From Eledone cirrhosa (taxonomy: Eukaryota), in assembly GCA_964016885.1 (NCBI GenBank), contig OZ024747.1, positions 84,692,001-84,756,000 of the forward strand: 64,000 bases of DNA, given 5' to 3'. The notes beneath the pieces were generated by a model. That model searched no databases and had not been told where the DNA came from. It worked only from the letters and a program-made list of their open reading frames with translations. This document shows positions 42,204 through 58,014 of the stretch, in pieces. A program made the translations under genes and the position numbers. Numbering within the stretch: position 1 is the stretch's first letter; every line of letters starts with the position of its first letter.

Positions 42204-43318
42204 CTCCACACAGTTAACAGTGGGACAACTTCTTTAATTCTTTATATATTTTAATGCAGTCGTAGTGGTCGTAGTGTTTCATAAAAGAGCTGGCCTGAGT
42301 AATAGCAAGTAGCACAATATAACTCTATGACATAGCGCTAGGGAAGGAGAAAAGGTTTATGATCGAGAATGAGGTGTACCAGTCGAGGAGGGGAACAAAC
42401 CGGCACGATAGCTGAAATGTAACTGAAGGGAACTGGAACAAGAAGGGAACAAGTAGTTGAATACAAAGTTTTATAGTATGAGCTTAATTTCACGAGCAGG
42501 CTGTTCCATTAATCGAGTTATTTATAACACTTGTTGTCTGAACCGACAGAGGTTCAACACCCACACATAAACATGTATGTCTATATGAACGTGTGTATGT
42601 ATATGAGTATGTATGTATTTTTTTGTGTATGTAATGTTTTTACTCATGTAATATATGCATATAAGAAATGTATATATTTAATTGTTCAATTACATGTGTA
42701 TTGATGAAGAAAGCAGATGTGTATCCATTTCTATTCTGCTGTTTCTAAATTTTTAAGTCTATGTTCTTTTTTTTTTTTGTATCGTATCTTTAGTACGTAA
42801 TTTGTCATTTGATATTTTATTTTTGTTGATATACTTGTTTGTGGGTGGCCGAATTTGTAGACTGTGGGACAATAGTTTATAGTATAATGGTACGTATCTT
42901 GATGCACTCTGTTTAAACTACACCCAACCCTACATTGGCTTTTGTTCGTCCTGCTTCAATAAAATAACTGCCATGTCACAATATAGGCCAAGAACTTCTG
43001 ATGGAGATTCAGGGCATTGTCTTGGGCATTTTAAACCTGGTGGAGCCAACCCCTCTTCAAGCCTGAACACAGGTGATTGCTTCCAAAGAGAGAGAGGAGG
43101 AGAAAAGGAGAGAGGGAGAGAGAGAGAGAAAGAGAGAGAGAGACAGAGGAGGAGGAGACAGAGAGAAAGATATATATATATATATATATATATACGTTAT
43201 TCCGGGTTGAATCGGAGGTTACCACAGTAAGTAAGGTACTCAATACATAGCAGAGTATAACAGTTTTAATATAAATGAATGAAACAGTTCTAGTCCTGTA
43301 GAATCTCTTCTATATTAA

Positions 43319-43389
<71 letters not shown>

Positions 43390-43521
43390 AAGAATGAACT
43401 CGCTGCCTAACTATGGAAACATCTTGTTGAGTTAAACAAAGCCGTTCGTTAAAACTATCCACAATACAGAGTACTCACAACCTCTAACTGGATTACCTAT
43501 AACGATAACTTGTTTGTTACC

Positions 43522-43601
<80 letters not shown>

Positions 43602-43839
43602 AAAGGATAACAAGGATGATTGGTTACTCCTTCATTACATTTATTACATTTATTACTCCTTCATTACATTTATCAAGGTTTGATCTGTATCGATCCTACA
43701 CGACTCAATGATCGGCAGCTCGACGGACCCTTTAGAATGCTATAAGAAAATGTATAGCCCTACACCTCATCACAGAAGTGAACCTAAACATCGAGTGCTC
43801 TCCCGGGTGAACCTGCAGTAACTCCAAGTTACACCCCCT

Positions 43840-43893
<54 letters not shown>

Positions 43894-43957
43894 GGAAAAA
43901 ATGAAACGAAATTTCATTTCTCACTCTTAGTACGGCTGTTACTTAAATATAAGTATG

Positions 43958-46653
43958 TTTAGCAGGGTAGATGATTGATGGTCGTTAGTTGCCAGTGTGG
44001 TAAGTGATAGTATCCTCGTTGGATTATCTTGTTGACATAGACGTGAGGGAAGGTCCCTCGATCTATTTACCATCTATTTACAATATTCCTTTCGTCAGGT
44101 CGCCAATTCCAGCAGCATGGTTTATAGATGTTATTGAGACACGAGTAACATAATAATGATTTCAACAGCCGTAATTAGAGATGAAATGTATGTTTATTTT
44201 TGATGTAGTACAAACAATGTTTGTTAACTTATATGGTTGAAGTTACAGATAAAAAGAGGTTACAAAAGGGAATGTGCCATTGTGCCGTTAAGCCGGCGAG
44301 GCTAGGGTGCAAAATCTCACCGTTACATTATGCGTGTTGCTGGCTCGAAGTTTCTGGTACAAGAGAGAGATTCTTCAAATCTTCGCGGGGAATTTCTTCC
44401 TCAGGGCGCGTAGGGATACATCCTCTTCTACTGGCGCTGATTGGCTGAACTGAGCCAAATCACGCACAGAGAATGTATGTGAGCCCGCGGAATGTAGGTC
44501 ACTACATCACCTCCGACCAGATTTTCAGCCGAAAATCGATAACGAAGAAACCAAGGACCCACATATTATTGAATCAGCAAGAACAAATGCTGAAAGAACA
44601 CATCAGTGAAAAAATAATTGAGCAGAAAGATTCATGCAAGAACAAAAAAAAAAATTAGGCGCGACGGGCCGTGTTGAGCCGCTGTCAAATGACTAGCTAT
44701 TTTGTAGTTTAAACGAGACCCTCAAGGGCCTACCAGAAAACAGATAAAGTCTGACATGGGCGAAGTTGCTGTTCTTGCATTAAATGTTAATGGTAAGCGT
44801 TGTACCAGTAGCTGTGAACGAAGCTATTATGGTAGTTTACCAGTGCTGGTGAGAAAATGATGGCCCCCAGATGTATTGTCGAATGTGCTGTGGAGCCAGG
44901 AAAAAATGGCTGGTTGCTTTGTAAAGAAAAAAAAGCAAGTTTAATCTGTAGGTGGGCTGCAGTGTAAATTCCATAATTCGGGCGAATCCACAGAAGTGGC
45001 TGAAATATTGACAAGTCCAGTTCAATTTGTTGCTTTCCCAGCGAGTCGAGCAAAAACAACAAGACGGATGGCCGTCATGGACGATCAGTGTGCAACGAGA
45101 TGCGAAGCTGTTTGAGTTCAGCTGCAATTAGTATTCTCGTGTTGCGGTGCCTGTTTGAATCCAGTGGATTAAGCTCTGTGAGCTGCTAGCATGTGACAGC
45201 ATCTCAACCAGGTGAAAAGGGACTCGCAGAATATTACGTTTGAAGAACATATACCAAGAACAACATGTTGGTGTGTGATAAAAAAAAATGTGTGCATATG
45301 CAGGCATGTAAAACAGCAAAGAATGTGAATGAACAAAAACCATGAGCAAACAAATAGCAAAAGAGCACAAAACAAGTAAATGCATTCTACAAAGAAATAT
45401 GTGAATGTAACAAACTGATAATTCAAAGTCAATCTAGGGGAGCAGAGAAATTGCCCAATAAGTTCAAAGTTTTTCAAAGTCAAATAGTTCACACATCACC
45501 AGTGTACAGACACTAGTTCTATTTGAAAACTGAAAAAGAAGTTTGTTAATGCCGTTAGGGGTTAGATGTATGGTGTTTTTGTGAGATTTCGTGGCCATCT
45601 TGTGTGGCATAAGGTTGTGTTGTTTATTGTTAAAGCAAAGTCAAAGAATCTTCTGTAGAGTAGCGGTCACCAAATATGGCAGGCACGTCTGACGCCATAA
45701 TGGTGAGAAAACTACTGTCTCAATTTCTCGCGTCCCTGTGGTAACGAGACAGAAGGTATGGTGGTTGCGTCGGTAAAGTTACAAGCCGTTTTGAAATTTC
45801 CTATGTGTGGTGGTTTGCGTCGGTAAGGCTATGAAGCTGCCACTCACTGTTCCCCGTATTGGTCAGTGGTTAAACAACGCTGTCGCTGCTGCTGTCGTTG
45901 TTGTTGTCAAGTGTAGCCATGACATTTCGGTAGCCATCTTGAAATTTTTTCGTGGCGAAAAATTCTTTGAAATACTGCCAATTTTTCAAAAAAATTTTGA
46001 AAGGAATATATTGAATTTTCGCAAGTTGCGAAAAGGTTGGCAACGTGGCAATAAAAGTTCAACTGAATGAAAAAGAAGGGCTGCGTTAAATTCTTACGTC
46101 GGTCACCACTTTAGCAGGGTAGATGATTGATGGTCGTTAGTTGCCAGTGTGGTAAGTGATAGTATCCTCGTTGGATTATCTTGTTGACATAGACGTGAGG
46201 GAAGGTCCCTCGATCTATTTACCATCTATTTACAATATTCCTTTCGTCAGGTCGCCAATTCCAGCAGCATGGATTATAGATGTTATTGAGACACGAGTAA
46301 CATAATAATGATTTCAACAGCCGTAATTAGAGATGAAATGTATGTTTATTTTTGATGTAGTACAAACAATGTTTGTTAACTGGTTGAAGTTACAGATAAA
46401 AAGAGGTTACAAAAGGGAATGTGCCATTGCGCCGTTAAGCCGGCGAGGCTAGGGTGCAAAATCTCACCGTTACATTATGCGTGTTGCTGGCTCGAAGTTT
46501 CTGGTACAAGAGAGAGATTCTTCAAATCTTCGCGGGGAATTTTTTCCTCAGGGCGCGTAGGGATACATCCTCTTCTACTGGCGCTGATTGGCTGAACTGA
46601 GCCAAATCACGCACAGAGAATGTATGTGAGCCCGCGGAATGTAGGTCACTACA
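43958..46653 (-). mobile_element. Non-autonomous gypsy-type LTR element. LTRs 46110-46653 (5') and 43958-44506 (3'), PBS about 46096-46108, PPT about 44507-44520, TSD TATG
   Basis: About 545-bp direct repeats with few differences. Reverse strand has TGGTGACCGACGT (tRNA-Trp-like PBS) and CTGGTCGGAGGTGA (PPT). TATG on both sides. No long ORF. It splits a hammerhead-family repeat. Confidence 0.9.
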
Positions 46654-46866
46654 TATGTATACGTACATACATATATGTATACAGACGTACACTAGTATGT
46701 ATATATATATATATATATATACATGCACACATATATATATATATGTACGTATGGATTCACCGAACATTTATTATAATGCCAGATGTGTTTGTAAACAAAC
46801 ATCCCGAATTAAGCCGTACAGTGTCTAGCAACCATCGTTGCTCATTTTTTCAACACTGACAAAGGA

Positions 46867-46908
46867 ACGCTGTACTAGCTTCAAGCTTATTAGCTATCGT
46901 CAGCAACA
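46867..46908 (-). ncRNA. Minimal hammerhead motif (GAAG variant)
   Basis: Reverse complement: TGTTG CTGACGA TAGCT AATA AGCTT GAAGC TA GTA CAGCGT. Confidence 0.55.
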
Positions 46909-47299
46909 TATACCTTCCTGCCAGATGGTTGAACGTCTGAAAGTATATACTTTCCTTATGCATATTAACGGCTGAGCAGCCTAATTTGCATATCGAATGA
47001 GTTAATCGGCCGGGGTACTGAAAACAATAAACCGAAAAAATGAAACGAAATTTCATTTCTCACTCTTAGTACGGCTGTTACTTAAATATAAGTATGTATA
47101 CGTACATACATATATGTATACAGACGTAGACTAGTATGTATATATATATACATACATGCACATATATATATATATATGTACGTATGGATTCACCGAACAT
47201 TTATTATAATGCCAGGTGTGTTTGTAAACAAAAATCCCGAATTAAGTCGTACAGTGTCTAGCAACCATCGTTGCTCATTTGTTCAACACTGACAAACGA

Positions 47300-47342
47300 A
47301 CGCTGTACTAGTTTCAAGCTTATTAGCTATCGTCAGCAACAT
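47300..47342 (-). ncRNA. Minimal type I hammerhead ribozyme motif
   Basis: Reverse complement: TGTTG CTGACGA TAGCT AATA AGCTT GAAAC TA GTA CAGCGT; about 433 nt from the previous copy. Confidence 0.68.
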
Positions 47343-47578
47343 ATACCTTCCTGCATGTATGTATATATATATACATACATGCACATATATATATATGTGT
47401 GTTTGTTTACAAACACACCTGGCATTATAATAAATGTACGGCTTAATTCGGGATGTTTGTTTACAAACACAAATGTTCGGTGAACCCATACGTACATATA
47501 TATATGTGTGCATGTATGTATATATATATATACATACTAGTGTACGTCTGTATACATATATGTATGTTCGTATACATA

Positions 47579-47699
<121 letters not shown>

Positions 47700-48980
47700 G
47701 GCCCAGTACTGACAGCTAGTACATTATTATCACCCTCGAAAAGATGAAAGGCAAACTTGACCCCATTGGAGTTTGAACTAAGGACACACAGTGTTGAGAC
47801 GAATACCGAATAAGATATAAAATAATATAGAATATGCTTTGAGAAAAAGACTCCTCTCAGTGCAAAGAAATTAAGGATATAGAAAATATCAATTTTCTAG
47901 ACACGCAAATGTGGGTGACGAGTAAAGTTGAGTAAATCAACCTTAGTACTTGACAGGTACTTTATTTTATCGACCCCGGAAGGAGGAAAAGCAAAGGTGA
48001 CCGCATGGCCATAGAAAATATTAATTTCTGATTTATGCACAAAGCTTGCAAATGATTGAATCAATCTCAGTACTTGAGTGGTACTTAATTTTATCGTCCT
48101 CGGAAGGTGAAAAGCAAAGTTGACCTTTGTGGCTTTTAAACTCAGTAAAGAGCTAGAACAGTAAAATGCCAGAACAAATTATCATTAAGGCATTTTTTTT
48201 CTGACGTTCTACTAATTTTGTCAATCCACCACATCATAGATATAGAAACTATTTCGTGCATGAAGGACCGAGAGTTGGAAACGTTTGTGAATCAGGTTAA
48301 TGTTTCACTCTTCCCAATAAAAAAAAATTATATTAACGAAATACTTTTAAAAAAATAACACAAATTCCTGTTGTTACTCAATGCCTGGCTGTTTTACAGT
48401 GCATAGGACTAAGTATCCTACATACTTTATATTTCAGTAAGTGTGGTGGATTGGCAGTGTCGGTAGAAGATCAAATAAAATGCTTTGCAATATTTAGTTA
48501 CGACTTACTATATTTTAACTTCAAATCCCGCCGAAGCCATGTCTGCCTTTAGGTAGGACTCTCTAGAAGGCGTGTCTGAGAACTCTGTTCCTACAATACT
48601 TCCAGGAATAAATGGGAGAAGAAGAAAAAGGAGGAGAAAGGGGTAGTGGAGTGAAAGATTGAAGTGTGATAGGGCGCTTAACATACCTACTTCAGTAGTG
48701 GTGTACAAAATGTTTTTAGCATTTAGTTACGTCCCTTTTCCTTTTGAGTTCAAATTACACCGAAGTCGACTTTGCGGTGGATTGTCAGTATCGGTAGAGC
48801 GTCTGACACCATGTTTTTCAGCATAGAGTTATGGCCCTTTACGTTCTGAGTTCAAATTCCGTCGAGGTTAGCTTTACCTTTCATTCTTACGGGATCGATA
48901 AAATAAAGTACCAGTAACGCCCTGGTTTCCCCTCCCCTTCAAATTGCTGACCTTGTGCTTAAAATAGAAACAATTGTTAT
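47700..48980. mobile_element. Cluster of diverged SINE copies
   Basis: Several partial core matches (minus 47700-48230; plus 48445-48980). Confidence 0.7.
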
Positions 48981-49134
48981 TATTATTGGCGACTGACTTG
49001 TGAAGATATTAGTGTGAGCTCCGAAAGGTTTGTTGTTTTAAGTTGTATAGAATTGTTATTTGTAGAATATTTTTGTTGTGAATAAGGTACTATGTAATGC
49101 CTTCTGAAAAGAAGATAAAAACATATTTGGACTC

Positions 49135-49560
49135 GTTTGAATGGGCTGAAGACGGGCACTTACCTCTTCGGTGAAATCCTGATTAATCTTTTCACATTTC
49201 ATTTGAAAAGGAAAATCAGGGTGGAGAGGGATGTGCTCCCTTCCCAGCAGTTTGTTGAAAGATGGGTGAGAGAGGTGAGCATGGCCCGAGTGAATGGGCC
49301 TGCTTTGAGTATGCGCCTGTAGATTGGACGTAGAAAACTGGGAGAGGGCACTTGCCCTAGTGGTCAGGGTGACCGTGGCTTTTTGTGGGCTTTCTCTACG
49401 AGTGACCCTCAGAAGTTCCCCCGCTATTGGGGAATTTTCCTTTGATCCAAATTTTTGGTTACATCGTTTGTTTTTGTTTTATGATTTGTTTTACAAGCAG
49501 AAACGCCCATTTGTACCGTCCTGTGCTGTCCTTAATTTTATGCTTTGAGTAAACCCTTGT
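49135..49560 (+). mobile_element. 3' end fragment of the Tx1-like LINE family
   Basis: GLKTGTYLFG...FHLKRKIRVER...FVERWV...MARVNGP matches the ORF2 C-terminus. Confidence 0.85.
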
Positions 49561-49791
49561 GGTTTATAGTTACGGTCATTTACGTGCTGAGTTCAAATAC
49601 AATCGAGGTTAACTTTGCTTTTCGTCATTCAAGGGTCAATAAATTAAGGTACTAATCATGTTCTTAAGGCGAGTAACCGACTTCCTTCTTCCCTTAAATT
49701 TGTTGGTCTTATGCCTAAATTAGAAACCATTATTAGAATGCCGAGGTTAACTTTGCCTTTCATCCTTACGGGGTCGATAAAATAAAGTATC

Positions 49792-50000
49792 AGTAATGCA
49801 CTGAGGTAATTGCTGGCCTTGTGCCAAAAGTAGAAACAATTATTAGTAATGTACTGGGTAATTGCTGGCCTTGTGCCAAAAGTAGAAACAATTATTAGTA
49901 ATGTACTGGGTAATTGCTGGCCTTGTGCCAAAAGTAGAAACAATTATTAGTAATGTACTGGGTAATTGCTGGCCTTGTGCCAAAAGTAGAAACAATTATT
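49792..50000 (+). repeat. Four tandem 52-bp copies of the SINE 3' tail
   Basis: AGTAATGTACTGGGTAATTGCTGGCCTTGTGCCAAAAGTAGAAACAATTATT at about 49792, 49845, 49897 and 49949. Confidence 0.92.
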
Positions 50001-50510
50001 AAAATAGGCGGTGGTTTGGCAGTATCGGTAGAGCGTCGGACACCATGCTTTGCAGCATAGTTATGGCTCTTTGCGTTCTGAGTTCAAATCTGCAGAGGTT
50101 AACTTTGCCTTTCGAGGTTGATAAAATAAAGTACCAGTGATGCACTGGGGCCGAGGTTGACTTTGCCTTTCATCCTTACGGGGTCGATAAAATAAAGTAC
50201 CAGTAATGCACTGAGTAATTGCCGGCCTTGTGCCAAAAGTAGAAATCATTATTTAAATACGATGGCATGGTACAAACAGGAGTGTTTAGTTTTAGCCCTC
50301 AGTAACCTTAATTCAAATTTCTTTAATGATTACTGTCTATATTTCATTTCCTTCCCTACCCCGAGTGGAGTATCAATACCCCCAATTATACACCCGTTGC
50401 CAAAATTGGCCCTTTGCCGAGTCGTAATAAGACCAGCTGTGCAATGTTGAATTCCATTCCCTTGTAACCGCTTATGGTAGCAGATGTCTAAATCGAAACT
50501 ATACGCGTGT

Positions 50511-50542
<32 letters not shown>

Positions 50543-50789
50543 CGTGCATGTGTGTGTGTGTGTGTGCACACGTGCGTGTGTGTGCACTCGTGTGTGTATA
50601 TATATATATATATGTATGCATGTATGTATGTATATATGTATGTATGTATTTATGAGTGTATGTGTGTATGCATGTGTATGTATGTATGTATGTATGTGTA
50701 TATGTATATCTGTATGAGAGAGAGCGAGAGAGAGAGATAACCGCATCTGTCCTACACGCGATAATAGCTGTTCGACAAACCTCTACAAA

Positions 50790-50940
50790 TCAGTAATACG
50801 AGGTCTCAGGACGAGTTACGTCGCTCTGCGCGCATCTCGGACATGTCCGCCTGACAGCACTCCCACGCCTATAGAGTATATCTCGAACTAGCAGTGTCCC
50901 CCAGGAGCACTGCCAAGCCAGGAGTTTCTGGAGAAATTGA
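50790..50940 (-). mobile_element. Tx1-like LINE ORF2 fragment
   Basis: QFLQKLLAWQCSWGTLLVRDILYRRG...CPRC. Confidence 0.75.
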
Positions 50941-52011
50941 AAGAATAAGAGATAAAGTAGGATATATAAAAGGTGAGAGAGGGTGGAGGTGAAAGAATAA
51001 AAAATAGAGGAAAGGGTGAGTGAGTGGAAGTAAGAGGGGGTAATGATATAAAAGAAAGAGAAAGTAGCAATCAGATGTAGAATAGTAAAACAACCTGATT
51101 CAACAATATAGTGCAAGCGGAGAAGTTGGTGATAACTACACAGAAAAGAAACAGGGCAATAGTTGCATACAAAATAAAGAGAGGGAGATGAATATATGAT
51201 GAGGATTAAGAAGAGACGCTTAAAGTATTACCATATCGAAGATGAAACACACACGAACCAATATTTCGAAATATTCCGTTTTTTTATGGCGTTCTTAAAA
51301 AATAAAAAATAAAAAATAAAAAATAAAAAATAAAAAATAAAAAGTTAGTCAGAAATTTAATATATGTGTATATTTCAAGTAAAATTTAAAACATATTTTA
51401 TGTTGACATTAATTCGACATCAGCAATATTTAAACTCATTACATAAACATTATATAAGAAATGGAAAAAGAAAAAAGAAAATTGTAACAATATCTTGTAG
51501 TAATGCACACAGGGCTTATATTTTACGATCAACTGAGTATTAGCATATCGCTTTATGCAACAAAGGTAAACATTCTGTAGATTTTAAATGTTTTTTTAAT
51601 ACGAGAAAATTCAACTGATACGATATATACACTGGGACAAGAGTTTAGACTAAAATGCATTACATTTCTTTTTATATATAAACTAATGAACCTGAGCCGA
51701 TGATTTCATAATATTTATGAAAATAGAAATGTCATCAAGTAATTTAGCTCAGAGTATATGTAATTTAATATTTGAAATAGTGTTATTTCTAATATTTTAT
51801 ATCTTAGCATAAGAAAGATTAAATAACATTTGGCGGAAGACGAACTCACAAGATAAATGTGTGAACCAAAATAATAAATAGATAAAAAAAGAAAATTGTT
51901 TCTACATTTAGCACAAGGCCAGCAATTACCAAGTGCATTATTGGTACTTTATTTTATTCGCCCCGTAAGGATGAAAGGTAAAGTTGACCTCGGCAGGAAT
52001 TGAACTCAGAC

Positions 52012-52046
<35 letters not shown>

Positions 52047-52059
52047 GAGAGAGAGAGAA

Positions 52060-52126
<67 letters not shown>

Positions 52127-52264
52127 GCAAGTATTTCTTGTCCAGAAATAGCCGTCGAAACGGCTTGAGCTGTGCCGTCGGGGTCATACTTTCTCCTATT
52201 ACCCACTCTACTACCCTAAGTATTGAGTACTCTGGTGCGTTATGATCCATCTGGTTCCTTTTCG

Positions 52265-52312
<48 letters not shown>

Positions 52313-52398
52313 CAATACAATATAATTACCTCATTACCAGAGGTTTCCCGAATGAGGCGAATACGAAAGAAACGTCTTCATTCGTTCGTCAGACGAGG

Positions 52399-52447
<49 letters not shown>

Positions 52448-52478
52448 CAAAAGTTTGTGTGTATGTGTTTGTGTGTTT

Positions 52479-52542
<64 letters not shown>

Positions 52543-52919
52543 AGGGCTCACTAAGTGGCAGTTCAAAAAGCGCTAAAATAACCGGACAGCGTCATTCTGT
52601 TGTCGAGAAAAAAATGAACACACCAAAACTTTCCAGTGTTACGTCAGACAAAAAAACAAATATATTCGACAAAAGAAGTATTCACACAAAAGTTACCTCC
52701 TCTAGACGGAAAAATGTTTGTTTTTTTCAGAAAAACTTTTCCAATGTGAAGTAAATTGTAAGCATTTTTTTTTTTTTTTTTGCAAAGATTGCTGGAAAAA
52801 TGCTAGATTAATCTGCTACGATTAATGGGATAGCGTCAGGAAACTGAGTACTAATGAAAAGATAAGCTCAGTTGCTATGTATATTAAGTAATATAAAATA
52901 TGTTAACATATCGAGGGCT

Positions 52920-53345
52920 CATTCATGTAGGGGACAATACACAAGACAGGGACAGTGGTGGGTTTTAGATGAACACGTGTAAACAATATAAATAACAATA
53001 ACAAAATAACAAGAGAAACATAACAATGAAAATTCCCCAATATAGGAGATAATCAACCAGGATTGATTAAGACACCCCTCTAATCCTGAACCATCCAATG
53101 CTTCAAGGGCACCCGGGAAGGGCACCCTTCTCCTCCTCAAATTAACCAGCCTACAGGCGCATGCTCAGAGTGGCCCATTCACACGGGCTATTCTTGCCAC
53201 ATTCACCCATCTTTTAGCAAATGTACTGATGCATGAGGTGGGGTAGGGGACAGAACTTCTCTCTCCACCCTCATCTACCTTTCCAAGTGAAACTTGAAAA
53301 CGTTGAAGGTGGATTGGCCAAAGAGAAGAGTGTCTGTCTTCATTC
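52920..53345 (-). mobile_element. Tx1-like LINE 3' end fragment
   Basis: Reverse strand matches the 58330-58670 and 49135-49560 3' ends (TTTCAAGTTTCACTTGGAAAGG...GCGCCTGTAG). Confidence 0.8.
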
Positions 53346-53377
53346 TCCTCTATTCTTATGATATATGTCTCTTACTT

Positions 53378-53482
<105 letters not shown>

Positions 53483-53582
53483 TTTACATATATATATATA
53501 TATATATACATATATACATATATGTTTTGCAACGGGTCACATTGTGGCTCAATGAAAAGTTAATAAATTAAATAATCAGAGC

Positions 53583-53972
53583 TATATATCATAAAACACG
53601 TCTATATTTAATGTCTAGATTAGAGCAAACTCCTGAAGAGTCCGATGCTCGAGTTTCCGAAGATATTGGAAATCTCAAAATGCGGACGAAACCATGGTAG
53701 AGGTAATTAAATGTATTCTCTTTTCTCCTAGTTTATTTTACACCTAATTCTGTTTAATTAACTGTATATCTGCGCGATTACGCTGTCGAAATATTCGATA
53801 AATATTCCGTCGCAGCCGACGCGAAGGGCTAGTTTCGGTTATTTGTTGGGGATTTCTTCATAGAAGCCTTATTCTTATAGCCTGGTCTATTCGATTTTTT
53901 ATATAGTTGATTATGCTAATTGGGAGAGGAAATGGTATATATTTTATCTGGTGATTCTATAGACGTGTTTTA

Positions 53973-53981
<9 letters not shown>
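53583..53981 (+). mobile_element. About 400-bp hammerhead-bearing element ending in (TA)n, with a short inverted copy of its 3' end at the 5' side
   Basis: TATATATCATAAAACACGTCTATA and TATAGACGTGTTTTATGATATATA inverted termini; hammerhead at 53630. Confidence 0.7.
53630..53702 (+). ncRNA. Type I hammerhead ribozyme motif with an extended stem II
   Basis: CTC CTGAAGA GTCCG...CGGAC GAAAC CATG GTA GAG; palindromic stem III ACCATGGT. Confidence 0.75.
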
Positions 53982-54053
<72 letters not shown>

Positions 54054-54082
54054 AAAGAATAGCGGTGTAACACACAAGTTAT

Positions 54083-54593
<511 letters not shown>

Positions 54594-54627
54594 TAAAATA
54601 ACAGATTAAAGTTTAAGCAAAGAATCG

Positions 54628-54705
<78 letters not shown>

Positions 54706-55406
54706 CATAATCGGAGAAAGCTAAAAGCGATACTCCGGCCAAATTCCAGCTCACTCAACAAACATTATATTCCTAATTAAACGTTCGGGGTGCTAACTAA
54801 TTGTATTGTGTGGAAAATTGGCTGTATCATTTCATATGAGATATATCAAATATATCTCCTCCCAGACGGACGTCTCGTTTCATTATAAGATTTCTACAAG
54901 TTGGGTCAAATTATACCAATTTATGTAGAAGCTTGTATAAGATCAACAGATACTTATTCAAGTGGGCTCTTATAATTCTTCAGTGGGTGCCCAATAATAT
55001 TAATACTGATAACTAAATAATATTAATACTGATAACTAAACAATCAATGTTTAGCGATAATCACCATCAGTGCTTGAGGGAGCTGCTAGGTTGTTAGCCA
55101 GCAGTTCTAAAGAAAATTTCACATTGTCACTAAAATAGGTGGAAGGAGATTACTGCCAAAAAACAATACATGCGCAGGTCAATATATTTACTTATTTATC
55201 AAAATAACAGATTAAAGTTTGAGCAAAGAATCGCTGCTTTCACCCTTAACGGGATCTTCTGAAACTAAAAAAAATCAATCTGTGAACGCAAAAGTAAATA
55301 TTTCGAAAAGCGTTGCATTTCGGAAAACAAATATTTGCTCTAGGGTTCTTATATATTTGATATATATTTATCCTTATCGAGCCCTCTTTGGATTTTAGTC
55401 TTCACA

Positions 55407-56746
<1,340 letters not shown>

Positions 56747-56999
56747 CTTTTCGAATATTAATAATAACATTCGATTCGTTTGCAATTATGAAAACAAGCC
56801 TCATTTTTAAAGCCATGTCAGTAGAATGAACCCTTCATTCTTGCTCTTGTGTTGGCATGTGAACAGAACTGCAGACACTAATGTTTCTCGGTATCACCCT
56901 TCATCCTCCACCACCACCCCACTCTCAAGCGTGAAACTAATACTATCATTTGTACTGCCTCTTCGTTTTTCTTTTTTTTTGTTCTCTGTTTATTTATTA

Positions 57000-57041
<42 letters not shown>

Positions 57042-57044
57042 GAT

Positions 57045-57204
57045 ATGTTTATCCCGGGTTCAATCGGTACTCAATACAAAGCAGAGTATAAATATTTAAT
57101 ATAGAAAAGGCTTCTACAGAACTAGAACTTTTTCATTCGGGAGAAATCATCAGGAAGCCCTGATGATTTCTCCCGAATGAAACAGTTCTAGTCCTGCAGA
57201 AGCC

Positions 57205-57212
<8 letters not shown>
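57045..57212. mobile_element. Small fold-back element with a hammerhead-like core; family also at 43195-43325
   Basis: GGCTTCTACAG..ACTAGAACT..TTCATTCGGGAGAAATCATCAGG aagc CCTGATGATTTCTCCCGAATGAAACAGTTCTAGTCCTGCAGAAGCC. Confidence 0.75.
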
Positions 57213-57248
<36 letters not shown>

Positions 57249-57551
57249 GTGAGGTTTTTTTTTTTTTTTTTTTTTTTTACAAAATGAAAAATAACCGAGG
57301 TGTCCTACACGAGTGGAAGTATAAAGAAAAAGGGATGAAATCGAAAAAATAAGACTTCAGTTGCATTTTCGATTTCATCCCTTTTTCTTTATATATATAT
57401 ATATATATATTTCCACCACTCCTCCCTCACACCCTCTCGGAACTCTTTTCCTTCCCACCTTTCTCCTGATGAAACGCCCCTCCCCCCACTCTCAAGCGTG
57501 AACCTAATACCAAGCACTGTTCGTAACTTGTTTTTGTATTTTACTTTTCCA

Positions 57552-57582
<31 letters not shown>

Positions 57583-57791
57583 ATATATGATGGATGACTA
57601 GCGTCCGAAAAGTTAAGACCCTCTTCCTGCTATATCAAGCGTTAACCTAATATATCCCTTCCATATACTGTACCGATTGTGTTGTTATTTCTGTTTACCT
57701 TTTACATATGTATATACATATATATGTGGGGGGGGGGGTAATGTTTGATATATATATATATATATGAACAATGTTTGAAATATTTTGTTAG

Positions 57792-58014
57792 GTGTTCTGT
57801 ACCCGGGTACGACAATGACACGTACAAAATTCAAAGTGATAACCACGAAGAATTGGTAAACGAAAATATTCTGAAACGTGAACTTGATGGGGATTTAGTC
57901 TACGAAAAATGTTTTATTTATTCAAACGACACAGAAAATGGAAATCGTACTAAACAGAAATGCAACTCCTGGGTGTACGATAAATCCAACACGCACAACT
58001 CAATCACCAGTGAG
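57792..58014 (+). CDS. SLC22-like gene, coding exon 2 (large extracellular loop)
   Basis: Acceptor TTGTTAG|G; (R)CSVPGYDNDT...KC...KCNSWVYDKS...SITSE; donor GAG|GTAAGT; phase matches exon 1. Confidence 0.92.

Noticed and set aside
42230-42980. Possible solo LTR(s)
   Set aside because: LTR-like composition and AATAAA...CA, but no partner, PBS or TSD could be established.
49792-50000. CRISPR-like regular repeats
   Set aside because: No unique spacers; the units are SINE tails in eukaryotic DNA.
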